From Thermoanaerobaculia bacterium (lineage in GTDB: Bacteria; Acidobacteriota; Thermoanaerobaculia; UBA5066; Gp7-AA6): DNA of 64,000 bases. The stretch is from assembly GCA_036505535.1 (NCBI GenBank), contig DASXTI010000062.1, forward strand, positions 39,249-103,248, read 5' to 3'. Made by a program: the position numbers and the translations under genes. Under the pieces are notes generated by a model that was not told where the DNA came from, made no database searches, and saw nothing but the letters and a program-made list of their open reading frames with translations. Positions within the stretch are counted from its first letter, which is position 1; each line of letters begins with the position of its first letter. Positions 52,578-64,000 of the stretch are shown here, in pieces.

Positions 52578-54863
52578 GTGCGTCTCATCTCCCGGTCGGT
52601 CCTTCGTGAGATCTGGCCTCCGTTCCTTCTGGGCTTCGCGGCATATACGTTCGTCCTGCTGATCCGGACGGTTCTCTTCCTCGCGGACTTCGCCGTAAGG
52701 CGGAGTGCCCCGATCCTCGAGGTAGCGAATCTGGTCGTCCTGTCGCTGCCTTGGATCGTAGTCCTGACGCTGCCGATGGCCTTTCTGCTCGGGGTGTTGA
52801 TCGGCCTCGGCCGCCTGGGGGTCGACTCGGAGCTGACCGCTCTTCGTTCCTGCGGCGCGGGCCCCGCGGCCCTGTACCGGCCGGTCCTCGGCGCCGCTGC
52901 GGCGCTCTCGGTATTCGTCCTGGCCCTTTACAATCTGGTGCTGCCGCCGGCCAACGCCGCGTTGGAACGATCGATGGCTCGCGCCGCCGCAACTTCCATC
53001 GTCAACGTCGTTGCCCCGCGGACTTTTCGCGAGCCTCGTCCCGGAATTACGTTCTTCTTTGACCGCGTGGCCGCCGACGGCCGTTCCTTCGAGGGGGTCT
53101 TCTTAAAGTTAGGGGACGAGAGCGAGCCGCCGAAGCGAGTCATCGTCGCGCGACGCGGCGGGCTGACCCTGGAGGGAGACCATCTTTGGCTGGATCTCTA
53201 TGGCTCGACGGTCCACGAGGTCGACCCCGCAGACCCATCACGCTACCGCACCAGCCGTAACGCATCACAGCGCCTCCTGCTCGCCGGCGATCTCGCCAAC
53301 AGTCCGGGCGCGCGCGTCACGTCCGAACGGGGGTTGCGTTCCCAGTCCTTGTCGGAGCTCTGGCGGTCGGCCCATCGCAAAGAGACTTCGGATGTCGGGC
53401 GTCGGCTCGCGTGGGTCGAGATCCACAAGAAGTTCGCGATCCCCTTCGCCTGTTTCGCCTTCGCTCTCGTCGGCATTCCGCTCGCCGAGTCCTTTCGGCG
53501 CGGTGGCCGCGGTGGCGGTTTTGCGCTTTCGCTTCTGGTCATCATCGTTTACTACGTGCTGCTGACGAGCGGCGAGACATGGGCCCAGGAGGGCCGGCTG
53601 TCTTCAGGCCTCGCGATGTGGCTTCCCAACATCTTGCTGCTCCTCCTCGGCGCCGCCGCAGCCTTCGGAAAAGCGACGGCTCGGCCGCCCCATCCCCCAC
53701 GCCCTCTCCCCGAACCTTCCCCGGCGGCCAGCGCCCGGTCTCTCCATCCCGGCCCCAGACCGCGAAGCGCTCCGGCGAGAATGCTCTCGCTCCTGGATCG
53801 CAACGTTCTGAAGCGCTTCTTCTTCGCTCTGGCTCTCGTGCTGGCGTCGGCAATTCTTCTCGCGGTGGTGGTCGACTATGCGGACAAGATCGACGAGGTC
53901 GCCGAGCACCATCCTCCGGCGAGCGCGATCGCCGGTTACTACCGCTACTTTCTCATCTCGATCACTTTGCAGATTGCCCCCTTCGCCGTCCTCTTTTCGA
54001 CCCTCGTGGGTCTCGGCATTCTCTCGAAGAACAATGAGGACACGGCCTTCAAGGCATCGGGAGTGTCCCTGTGGCGCCTGGCGGCGCCGGTGCTCGTGCT
54101 GGCCTGTCTCGGCGCGGCCGTGTGTTTCGCCGTTGGCGAGTACATCCTTCCCTTCGCCGAACAGCGCGAGGCCCGGTACCGCAACGTGATTTACGGGCGG
54201 CCCCCGGACTTCGGAACGAAAAGCGAGGGCTCGCGCAACTGGTATCTCGCGGGCAATGGAGAGATCTGGCACCGGGAGGAAGCCGACCCCGCGCGCGATG
54301 TCCTCTATGCCGTGTCGATCTTCGACTTCGACCCGGATTTTCAGCTCGTTCAACGAACGGCCGCCCGCGAGGCGGTCTGGAAAGATGGAGGCTGGCTTCT
54401 GCGTCAGGGGTGGACGCGGGAATTCGCCGCCTCCGCACCGACGCCCTATCGGACCTTTCTCGAGGAAAGAGTCGCCGGAGATGCCCCCCAAGCGTTCGCA
54501 GCCACCCGGCGCCGTCCCGAAGAGATGCGGTTTCGCGAGCTCGAGAGGCTCATTCGACGCCTGCGCCGGAGCGGTTACGCGACGGCGAGCCTGGAGACGG
54601 CGCTTCAGACCAAGCTTGCTCAGCCCGCGCTGCTACCCGTCATGGCTCTTCTGGCCGTTCCCTTCGCCTTCCGCATCGGACGACGCGGGGCTCTGGCTGG
54701 AATCGGTGTCGGCGTCGCTCTCGGAATCCTGGCCTTGATCGCGGCCGCATTTCTCACAAAGCTCGGCGAGGTGGGGGCGCTTCCTCCGATCCTGGCCGCC
54801 TGGTCTCCGAATATTCTTTTCGGTCTGGCGGCGACCTTTCTCGTGCTCCGCATGTCGACCTGA
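52578..54863 (+). CDS. Fused LptF-LptG LPS export permease (two YjgP/YjgQ domains in one ORF)
   Basis: 761-aa ORF. The N-terminal half starts MRLISRSVLREIWPPFLLGF. After a Pro-rich linker, the second half starts MLSLLDRNVLKRFFFALALVL (ATG 53781, same frame, no intervening stop). Confidence 0.8.
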   Translation: MRLISRSVLREIWPPFLLGFAAYTFVLLIRTVLFLADFAVRRSAPILEVANLVVLSLPWIVVLTLPMAFLLGVLIGLGRLGVDSELTALRSCGAGPAALYRPVLGAAAALSVFVLALYNLVLPPANAALERSMARAAATSIVNVVAPRTFREPRPGITFFFDRVAADGRSFEGVFLKLGDESEPPKRVIVARRGGLTLEGDHLWLDLYGSTVHEVDPADPSRYRTSRNASQRLLLAGDLANSPGARVTSERGLRSQSLSELWRSAHRKETSDVGRRLAWVEIHKKFAIPFACFAFALVGIPLAESFRRGGRGGGFALSLLVIIVYYVLLTSGETWAQEGRLSSGLAMWLPNILLLLLGAAAAFGKATARPPHPPRPLPEPSPAASARSLHPGPRPRSAPARMLSLLDRNVLKRFFFALALVLASAILLAVVVDYADKIDEVAEHHPPASAIAGYYRYFLISITLQIAPFAVLFSTLVGLGILSKNNEDTAFKASGVSLWRLAAPVLVLACLGAAVCFAVGEYILPFAEQREARYRNVIYGRPPDFGTKSEGSRNWYLAGNGEIWHREEADPARDVLYAVSIFDFDPDFQLVQRTAAREAVWKDGGWLLRQGWTREFAASAPTPYRTFLEERVAGDAPQAFAATRRRPEEMRFRELERLIRRLRRSGYATASLETALQTKLAQPALLPVMALLAVPFAFRIGRRGALAGIGVGVALGILALIAAAFLTKLGEVGALPPILAAWSPNILFGLAATFLVLRMST

Positions 54864-55750
54864 TGAAAATTCTCACGGTTCTCCCCCCGATCGCCAGCCT
54901 CCTTTTCGCGGCCACGATGTGCCAAGCGCAGACGGCTCCGGGGGCGGAGGCCGACGGGTGCGCCCCAAACGACGCCCCCTTCCCTTTCGTCGAATCGAGT
55001 CCGGAGTCTCGAGGGTTCCCGGCCGTCGCCGTGCGGGATGTTTTCGAGGAGGCGAAGCGCTACATTGGCGACGCCGGCGCGCTGATCACGAACCCCATCC
55101 ATTGGGATTCATCGGATCTGAAAAAGGCGGCGGTCTTCGGAGCCTCGCTCGGGATCCTGTTTCTGGCCGACGAGAGCATCGCCGCGGCGTCGCAGCGCAC
55201 GCGCTCCCACTTTACCGACGAGGTGTCCCGGGCGACGAGCGACTTCGGCGCGTCCTACGCCTGGTACATTTCCGGCGCGCTCTTCGTCGGCGGCCTCGTC
55301 GCGAGGGAGCCCGGATTGCGCGACACCGGGCGGGAGGCCGTCGAGGCGGCCGTGTTCGCCGGGCTCATTACCGACGGCTTGAAGTCCGCCCTCGGCCGCG
55401 AGCGGCCGAACTCGGGCAACGACGAAACGGTTTTCCACCCGTTCTCGGGCAACAAGTCGTTTCCCTCGGGGCATGCGACGACCGCCTTCGCCGTCGCCTC
55501 CGTCATCGCGATGCGGACCGATGGTTGGATCATCCCAACGCTCGCGTACGCGACCGCATTCACCGTCGCGATGGACCGCATCAACGATCGGGCTCATTTC
55601 GCGAGCGACGTTTTCACGGGGGCGGCGATCGGGTTGACGACGGGGCGATTTCTCGTCAACCGGCATCGGGCGGCGGACGACGAGACGCCGCGGGTCCGGG
55701 TCGACCTTTTCCCCATCCGCGACGGGCTCTCGGCCTATGTCACGTTCTGA
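54863..55750 (+). CDS. Secreted/periplasmic PAP2 family phosphatase
   Basis: TGATG overlap start within ORF 54071..55750. Signal peptide MKILTVLPPIASLLFAATMCQA. PAP2 motifs KSALGRERPN, PSGHAT, NDRAHFASDV. Confidence 0.85.
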   Translation: MKILTVLPPIASLLFAATMCQAQTAPGAEADGCAPNDAPFPFVESSPESRGFPAVAVRDVFEEAKRYIGDAGALITNPIHWDSSDLKKAAVFGASLGILFLADESIAAASQRTRSHFTDEVSRATSDFGASYAWYISGALFVGGLVAREPGLRDTGREAVEAAVFAGLITDGLKSALGRERPNSGNDETVFHPFSGNKSFPSGHATTAFAVASVIAMRTDGWIIPTLAYATAFTVAMDRINDRAHFASDVFTGAAIGLTTGRFLVNRHRAADDETPRVRVDLFPIRDGLSAYVTF

Positions 55751-56639
55751 CAGCGGGAGCCAGCGGAATCCCGGCCAGCCTCTCGAGGATCGCCACGGGC
55801 GCCTTCTCCGGAGCGGTCAGGGCCTCCCGTCCCACGATCACCGTCTGCTCGAGGGCGTACTGCCCCGCCAGGACGGCATGGCTGACCATGTCGGTCAAGA
55901 CGATCCAGCTCGACCCCGGTGGAAAGGAGAACCGCTCGACGGGCGAAGCCTGGACTTCCGAGCTCTGCTTGAGAAAGTCGTGAAACCGGAGCATGAAGAG
56001 GTCGTAAGGAGATGGGACCGACCGCCGCAGGCCGACCGCTCGGAGGGCCCGGGCGGTGAAGCCGGGCGCCCCGCGCCGCGCGGCATCGGAAAGAAGCCCG
56101 GAGGAGACGGCATAGCGCTCGGCGAGACGATCGAAGGTCCCTCCGGAAATCCATTCCCGGGGGCGCTTCCGGTGAATGTTCGTGAAGAAGCGGAGGATTC
56201 GCGCGCCGTTGCTCGGGCGCGTGGGAAAGGCGTCGACGTGGATCAAGTCGTTGCGCGCTTTAAGCGGAAGCGGTCGCCGCTCCTCTTCGATCGGACGAAA
56301 GCTCGCGTAGTCGACCTGCCAGGAGCGCGCGTAAGTCGGGAAAATGCGGGCGAGCGCATCGAGGGCCGAGCGCGAATAATCGCGGAGGATTCGCCGCAGC
56401 CGCTCGCCATCGGCGCCGGGGCCCGAAAACCCGGTCACCCGATCGCTCGCCGGGCGGTACGCGATGTTCTTGTGGAATGGCCCGCGGCTTTGCCGCTGCG
56501 CGAGGAGGAAATCACGGTCCGCCTCGGGAATGGAAAAGGAGGTCTCCCGGAGGAGCAGAATGTTCCCCTCCTCGAGCAGCCGCGCGAGCCATTCACGGCG
56601 GACGGGCTCGCTTACGATGTCAACATCGACCAGAGGCAT
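55740..56639 (-). CDS. Kdo hydroxylase (KdoO)-like Fe(II)/2-oxoglutarate dioxygenase family protein
   Basis: 299-aa ORF. LIHVDAFPTRPSNGARILRFFTNIH (HxD facial-triad context) matches my recollection of the Kdo_hydroxy family. Tentative. Confidence 0.55.
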   Translation of the reverse strand: MPLVDVDIVSEPVRREWLARLLEEGNILLLRETSFSIPEADRDFLLAQRQSRGPFHKNIAYRPASDRVTGFSGPGADGERLRRILRDYSRSALDALARIFPTYARSWQVDYASFRPIEEERRPLPLKARNDLIHVDAFPTRPSNGARILRFFTNIHRKRPREWISGGTFDRLAERYAVSSGLLSDAARRGAPGFTARALRAVGLRRSVPSPYDLFMLRFHDFLKQSSEVQASPVERFSFPPGSSWIVLTDMVSHAVLAGQYALEQTVIVGREALTAPEKAPVAILERLAGIPLAPAVRT

Positions 56640-56699
56640 GGCCGCCCTCCTCCGGCGACAGTGTACGACGGGCGCTCTCGGGCTTTCCCCGGACCGAGG

Positions 56700-58283
56700 T
56701 CAGAAGGCCTGGCCACTCGAGAAGGACACCAGCCAGCCCTTCTTGCCGAGCGGATCGGAGTCGAACGCGTAGGCGCAATCCAGGCGCAGAATCGTGCTGT
56801 GCGCGGCGCGTGCGATGCCGATACGCAGGCCCACGCCCGCGTCCGTCTTGAGCGACGCGAAACGAAGCGGCGCGCCGGCTGGCACCGCCGTCCCCGTGTC
56901 GAGAAACGCCGCTCCCCCGAAGGAGAAGAGCTGCAGAACTTCGAAGCCGGAGAAGACACGGTGCTCGACGTTGAGGACGAGCCGACGGTTGCCCTCGAAC
57001 GCATAGAGACGATAGCCGCGCAGACCGTGATCGCCGTCCGCGAAGAACTGGACGTCGCGGTCGAGATTCCACCCCTGCTGGAACTGGATCTGCGCCACCG
57101 TCGTCTGGCGTAGGACCGTCGAATGCGGCACGACCACGAGGCCCGTTGCCGAGAGAATGGCGTTCTGCACTCCTCCGTTGAGCCGCGTCTCGAAGGCGAC
57201 GAGGGCGCGGGCGAAAGAGCTTCGGCCGAGTCGCCACCCCCGTTCTGCGGACCCGCGCACCGCGACCGAGGTGACGGGCGCCCCAAACGCCCGAGGCGAG
57301 AGCGCCACCGTCGCCGTAAAGCGCGGACCCAGATTGAAGTCTTCGAAGCGCAGATCCTGATTGACATACTGCAGCGTGACATAGTCGCTGACGAAGTCCT
57401 CATAGCCGACGAAGACGTAGCGGAAGTCGCGTTCCTCCGGAAGCACAGCGTCGGTTCGGCCGGAGAGGTTGTGAAACTCATCGCGGAAGAAATGGATCCC
57501 CGCCAGGACGCGACGCGCCCGCAGCGACTCCGCCTCCAGGGGCGTTCCTCCCGCCAGGCGCAGGCCCCTGTGACGCAGACCGTACTCCGAGGCCACCTCT
57601 CCGTCCGCGTAGAATCGATCTTCCTGACGCCGGCTGTCCCAGAGCGCACCCACGGTAAGGCGGTCGAGCGGGGAGGAGAAGGGCTTGTCGATCCGCACCT
57701 GGCGCTCTCCCCCGTCGGAGTTGTCCGCGTAGCGAAGCGCGGTCGACCAGTAGCCCCCAAAGAGGGCGGTATCCTTGAACTCGATCAAGCGATTCGTTCG
57801 CTGGACCCCCTCGTCGTAGGAGAGGCCGATCTCCTTCCCGGCGCCGAGGAAGTTGCGTTCCGTCAGACCCGTCGCCCACCGCGTCTCTCCGCCGCTTGAG
57901 CCGAGGTTCACGGAGATCTCGGTCGTCCAGGCGTCCTGGGTGACGACATCCACGTCGACGATTCCATCGTGCGGCGCCGAGGGAATCACGCGGGCTGATT
58001 TCAGGAAGGGTAAGGCGCGAAGGTTCCTTTCGGTCTGTGCCAGAAGCGCCTCGTCGTATGGGTCCCCCTCGTCGAATAGCAGGAACTTGCGGATCGTGTC
58101 GGGGCGCGTCGTGACGTGCAGCAGGTCGGCCGCCCGATAGATCCAGCCCCGTTCGGCTTCCTCCGGAGCGAAGACGTCGAGGCTCCGCACCGCGACGGTG
58201 CCGACCCGAAGCGGCATCTCCTGGGCCCCCGCGAGGGAAGCCGCCAGGATCCCGGCCAGGACGACCGGCGACGGCCGCGTCAT
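56700..58283 (-). CDS. Omp85 (BamA/TamA) family outer-membrane protein with POTRA-like N-terminus
   Basis: ATG at 58283 within ORF 56700..58397. Signal peptide MTRPSPVVLAGILAASLAGA. Beta-barrel-like alternating pattern ending ...SFSSGQAF (terminal aromatic). Confidence 0.75.
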   Translation of the reverse strand: MTRPSPVVLAGILAASLAGAQEMPLRVGTVAVRSLDVFAPEEAERGWIYRAADLLHVTTRPDTIRKFLLFDEGDPYDEALLAQTERNLRALPFLKSARVIPSAPHDGIVDVDVVTQDAWTTEISVNLGSSGGETRWATGLTERNFLGAGKEIGLSYDEGVQRTNRLIEFKDTALFGGYWSTALRYADNSDGGERQVRIDKPFSSPLDRLTVGALWDSRRQEDRFYADGEVASEYGLRHRGLRLAGGTPLEAESLRARRVLAGIHFFRDEFHNLSGRTDAVLPEERDFRYVFVGYEDFVSDYVTLQYVNQDLRFEDFNLGPRFTATVALSPRAFGAPVTSVAVRGSAERGWRLGRSSFARALVAFETRLNGGVQNAILSATGLVVVPHSTVLRQTTVAQIQFQQGWNLDRDVQFFADGDHGLRGYRLYAFEGNRRLVLNVEHRVFSGFEVLQLFSFGGAAFLDTGTAVPAGAPLRFASLKTDAGVGLRIGIARAAHSTILRLDCAYAFDSDPLGKKGWLVSFSSGQAF

Positions 58284-58341
58284 TCCGGGAACTCTACGCC
58301 GGTTCCGTACCGGCGGGAACAGCCGACACGGCGCCGGAGGT

Positions 58342-60868
<2,527 letters not shown>

Positions 60869-60939
60869 GGATCGAACTCCTTCAATGGCGTTGGGAATTC
60901 CGTCAGAACCGCGAAGGCTAGCATTTCTCAGCCGCCCCG

Positions 60940-61503
60940 TCAAAGCATCCCGAAGAAATAGAAGACGTTACGCCCGTATTCACGATGCCGCAAGAGCCGG
61001 AGGCCCGCCACCTCGGGCGGGGCCTCCGTTGTGCCGTCTCGCTGAAAGACGAAGATCCCTTCCGGAGTCATCAGCCGTGCCACACGGCCGACGCCGGCGT
61101 CTTTCGGAGACAGATCATAGGGCGGATCGGCAAACACGATGTCGAATCCCTCGCCTTCTCGTATCAGATCGTCGATCGCGGCCGCCGCGCCGCGCTCGAT
61201 GACACGAACCTCTTCACCGGAGGCTCCGACTCGGGCGACCGTCCGTCGCAGAGCCGCCGCCTCGGACTCTACGAGGACGGCCCGGGATGCGCCGCGCGAG
61301 ACGGCCTCCAGACCCACCGCCCCGCTGCCCGCGTAGAGATCGAGCACTCTGGAGCCTTCGATACGGTTGCCCAGAAGATCGAAGAGAGCCTCGCGCGCTC
61401 GTGCGGACGTGGGTCGGGAGGCCGGCGGCGCATCCAGTCTCCGTCCTTTCCATCGCCCCGCCAGAATCCGAACGCCGGAATTCCCTCCGCGACGCGAGCT
61501 CAC
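60940..61503 (-). CDS. rsmD: 16S rRNA (guanine966-N2)-methyltransferase RsmD
   Basis: [12 protein letters not shown]...[13 protein letters not shown]...[19 protein letters not shown]...ADPPY. Confidence 0.85.
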   Translation of the reverse strand: MSSRRGGNSGVRILAGRWKGRRLDAPPASRPTSARAREALFDLLGNRIEGSRVLDLYAGSGAVGLEAVSRGASRAVLVESEAAALRRTVARVGASGEEVRVIERGAAAAIDDLIREGEGFDIVFADPPYDLSPKDAGVGRVARLMTPEGIFVFQRDGTTEAPPEVAGLRLLRHREYGRNVFYFFGML

Positions 61504-62138
61504 GGAGCTTTCTCGGGCGGAGAGAACTGGAACCGCAGCTCGTCGATCCTCAAGAACTGCGCATAGGGCTGGGTCACCCCCACGATCTCGACGAAACCCG
61601 TCTCCTTCTCCAGGCGACGCACGCGGAAGACTGCTCCGTCGAAGCGTTTCAGCAGCGTACCCGGCGTTAGGACGTCGGGCGTGAACCGGGAAGCGGGTGC
61701 CAGCGGGTTCACGAACAGGCCCTTCAACCCCTCCAACGCGGATCGAAGGGCCGCAGACTCCGCCGTGTTCGTCGAGAGATCGTCGAAGCGGATCGTCTTG
61801 CGGGTGCCGTCCGGCCGCGCCAGCGTCACCGCGGATTGGGAGGTGAACTCCCCGGCGAGCCCGGTTCGAAGGTCGGGGCGAAGCGACCAGAAATCGTCGC
61901 GCGCGAAAAAGGCGCAGTAGTACTGGAGTTCGGACGCGTCGAGCGTCTTGCGCCGCACCTCGTCCTGGGCGCCGAAGTGCGTCTTCCAGACGAGAGCCCG
62001 ATCTCGAAAGAGCGTGAGGCGGTCATAGCCTTCGCTCGACTGGCGGACCCACTCCGCGCAGAATGTCGGATCGCGCGCACCCGGAGTCGCCATCGAGGCC
62101 GAGGCGAGCGCCGCCACGAGAGTGAGGAGCTTCATCAT
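61500..62138 (-). CDS. Hypothetical secreted protein
   Basis: ATG at 62138 (MMKLLTLVAALASASMA signal peptide). ATGATGA overlap with the upstream gene's stop. No family recognised. Confidence 0.55.
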   Translation of the reverse strand: MMKLLTLVAALASASMATPGARDPTFCAEWVRQSSEGYDRLTLFRDRALVWKTHFGAQDEVRRKTLDASELQYYCAFFARDDFWSLRPDLRTGLAGEFTSQSAVTLARPDGTRKTIRFDDLSTNTAESAALRSALEGLKGLFVNPLAPASRFTPDVLTPGTLLKRFDGAVFRVRRLEKETGFVEIVGVTQPYAQFLRIDELRFQFSPPEKAP

Positions 62139-63373
62139 TCTCTGGCGCCCTCGGCCGCGGCGCGCACGGCGAAGGACAGCTCCTCCCGGCGCGTAATTCT
62201 TCCGTCCTCCCGGGCGGCCAGCGTGCGGGCGAGGGCCGCGCCGATCGCTTCGCCGGCCGGGATACCGGCTTGCAGAAGATCGGCGCCTCGGATGGCGAGT
62301 GAGACTCGCCGGCCGGCATGGCGGAGAAGAGCGCGACGGTCCGCCGGAGGGAGTGCCGCCGCGGCGGCGACGATCTCGTCCTCCGAGAGGCCGCGCATTC
62401 GAAGGCTGACCTCCGAGGGGGGCCGTTTCGCGAGGCCGGGAGCCAATCGCCGAAGCGTCCGCGGCCAGGCCTCGATCCGCCCGCGCTCCCGCCCCGAAAT
62501 CGCGAGGCGGCTCGTGACGCGATGCAGCTCGCCTGTTCCCGCCGGCGCCATCCACGCGAGTAAGCCGCAGAGCCAGCTGGTTCGCGCTCCGTGATGCCTC
62601 GCGAGCTCTTCGGCGGTCCGGACGCGCCGGGCGGCGCTCGGGACAACGAGCGCGGGCTCGATCGCGGCGTCCAGACCCAGCCGATGCATTCTCCTCACGG
62701 CCGCGCCACGGTTCTCCTCGGTCAGAACGGAGGCCAGCTCCCGGCGAAGCCGGTCCCCCGACACCGCGTCGAAGGCCTTTGCCTGGATCGCGCGCCGGAT
62801 TGCCTTCCGCGATGGCCGGGCGATGCGGAATCCGAGCCGATGGGCATAGCGGACGGCGCGAAAGGCACGTGTCGGATCGTCCAGAGCGGAATCTTCATGA
62901 AGCATTCGGATCACGCCACGCGAGAGATCCGACCGGCCCCCGAACGGATCGATGATTCGCGCGCGATACGTGATCTCGATCGCCATCGCATTGACCGTGA
63001 AGTCGCGCCTCCGGAGATCCTCCTCGATCGAGGCTCCGAGGGTTACCGTCGGAAGAGCGCCGGGCCGATCGTAGGTCTCGCGGCGCGTCGCGGCCACATC
63101 GAGCCGGGTGCCATCGGGCAGCAGAACGGTCGCGGTGCCGAATCGTCCGTGCGACCGAACCTGACCGCCGAGCAGATCCGCGAGGCGTCGGACGAATCGG
63201 GCCGCATCGGCCTCGACGACGAAGTCCAGGTCCTTGACCGGTCGCTGGAGCAACAGGTCTCGCACCACCCCCCCCGCGAGATACGCCCGGGCATCCTGTT
63301 CCGCGGCCACCTTGCGCGCCGCGCGGACCGGCCGGTGAAGCCGGCGCGGAAGGCGCGCCAGCATGGAGCCCAC
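62135..63373 (-). CDS. cca: CCA-adding enzyme / poly(A) polymerase family tRNA nucleotidyltransferase
   Basis: NTase head motif YLAGGVVRDLLL..PVKDLDFVV, followed by RRDFTVNAMA. Confidence 0.8.
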   Translation of the reverse strand: MGSMLARLPRRLHRPVRAARKVAAEQDARAYLAGGVVRDLLLQRPVKDLDFVVEADAARFVRRLADLLGGQVRSHGRFGTATVLLPDGTRLDVAATRRETYDRPGALPTVTLGASIEEDLRRRDFTVNAMAIEITYRARIIDPFGGRSDLSRGVIRMLHEDSALDDPTRAFRAVRYAHRLGFRIARPSRKAIRRAIQAKAFDAVSGDRLRRELASVLTEENRGAAVRRMHRLGLDAAIEPALVVPSAARRVRTAEELARHHGARTSWLCGLLAWMAPAGTGELHRVTSRLAISGRERGRIEAWPRTLRRLAPGLAKRPPSEVSLRMRGLSEDEIVAAAAALPPADRRALLRHAGRRVSLAIRGADLLQAGIPAGEAIGAALARTLAAREDGRITRREELSFAVRAAAEGARE

Positions 63374-63398
63374 GCTTCGCGTCGCGCGCGCCGAAGAG

Positions 63399-64000
63399 CT
63401 AGAAGACGTACTCGACCGACCCCTCCCCCGCCAGGGCCTGGATCTCGCTCGTGAGCCGCGGCGAGGGCGCGATCCGCATCGAATCGGCGGCCTTCAGCGT
63501 GGCTTCGAACTCGCCCGGCCGCACCAGCCGGATGGAGACGGGGGTCGTCCCCGGATGGGAGCGGAGCCGCTCCTGGAGGCGCGCGAGCACGCTTTCATCG
63601 GCATAGGCGAGGTTGACCCGAATCGCGAGCTCACGGGCGCGCCGCTCGCGAATGCCCTCGAGCGGCGTGATGTCCTGCACCGTCAGCTCCAGCGCGCCCC
63701 CCGATTCCCGGACGGTCGCGGTCACCAGAACGGGCAGGTCGTCGCGCACCCAGGCCTGCACCTTCTCGTAGAGACTCGCGAAGACCGCCGCGGGAATGCT
63801 GCCGCTCGTGTCCTCCAGGCAGGCCTTGAGCATCGTCTTGCCTTCGTTGACCCCCTTCTTGATCTTCTGCTTCTTCAGGTTGGCGAGCACTCCGGCGATC
63901 CGGACCGATTGCTCGACGCGGCTTCCCAGATCCGCGACGCGCGCCTCGGCGAAGCGTTCGATCTCCTCGGAAAAACGCGCCAGCGGATGACCCGTCACGT
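63399..64000 (-). CDS. dnaE: DNA polymerase III alpha subunit, C-terminal end (5' part outside the window)
   Basis: Frame open to the window edge. C-terminal OB-fold/tau-binding region pattern (GHPLA...VRIAGVLANLKKQKIKKG...MLKACLEDTSGSIPAAVF). Confidence 0.8.
   Translation of the reverse strand, partial: VTGHPLARFSEEIERFAEARVADLGSRVEQSVRIAGVLANLKKQKIKKGVNEGKTMLKACLEDTSGSIPAAVFASLYEKVQAWVRDDLPVLVTATVRESGGALELTVQDITPLEGIRERRARELAIRVNLAYADESVLARLQERLRSHPGTTPVSIRLVRPGEFEATLKAADSMRIAPSPRLTSEIQALAGEGSVEYVF

Noticed and set aside
60869-60939. Possible SAM riboswitch upstream of metK
   Set aside because: Only ~70 nt separate rsmD and metK. Reading the minus strand, I could not find SAM-I/II/V-like conserved cores or a convincing pseudoknot. 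It contains just a GAAGGAG SD. A covariance-model scan would be needed to be certain.

Overview
Strongly GC-rich, gene-dense chromosomal segment from a diderm (LPS-producing) bacterium. The taxon cannot be assigned from the sequence alone. I call about 60 protein genes, nearly all housekeeping. Most lie on the + strand up to ~55.7 kb, and everything from 55.7 to 64 kb is on the - strand. Many neighbours overlap by 4 nt (ATGA/GTGA/TTGA).

Content by function:
- DNA repair and replication: uvrC (partial), recG, priA, recJ, dnaE (partial), a family-4 UDG.
- Translation and RNA: trpS, rpsA, miaB, rluB, rsmD, a CCA/poly(A) nucleotidyltransferase, hpf, rpoZ, and a type-A RNase P RNA (about 5663-6077), the only RNA gene found.
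- Chromosome handling: scpAB, parAB, an IHF/HU protein.
- Envelope: ldcA, lpxB-msbA, a long LptC/LptA-like protein, lptB, a single-ORF LptF-LptG fusion, a PAP2 phosphatase, a KdoO-like protein, an Omp85 protein.
- A co-directional lptB-rpoN-hpf-ptsN-hprK-rapZ-EIIA(Man)-ptsH-ptsI string with no PTS permease.
- metK-ahcY, and an ECF sigma / anti-sigma / DUF4097 operon.

I saw no rRNA, tRNA, CRISPR array, transposase or phage genes.

Signals not covered by ordinary gene calling:
1. A canonical 28-bp XerCD dif site (52456-52483) in the only AT-rich island, about 60 bp from parB and close to where gene orientation converges.
2. A family of lower-GC intergenic elements built from 7-nt tandem repeats, usually as imperfect inverted arms that fill the spacer between co-directional genes and abut the downstream start codon (5016, 6091, 16074, 23917, 35379, 46061).
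3. recG, whose conserved N-terminus follows the upstream TAA in the same frame with no ATG/GTG/TTG available.
4. Several unusual domain fusions (cNMP-binding+FHA, DUF4388+J-domain+TPR, LptF+LptG).

This looks like a core-genome region. I did not find a convincing novel defence or mobile system.
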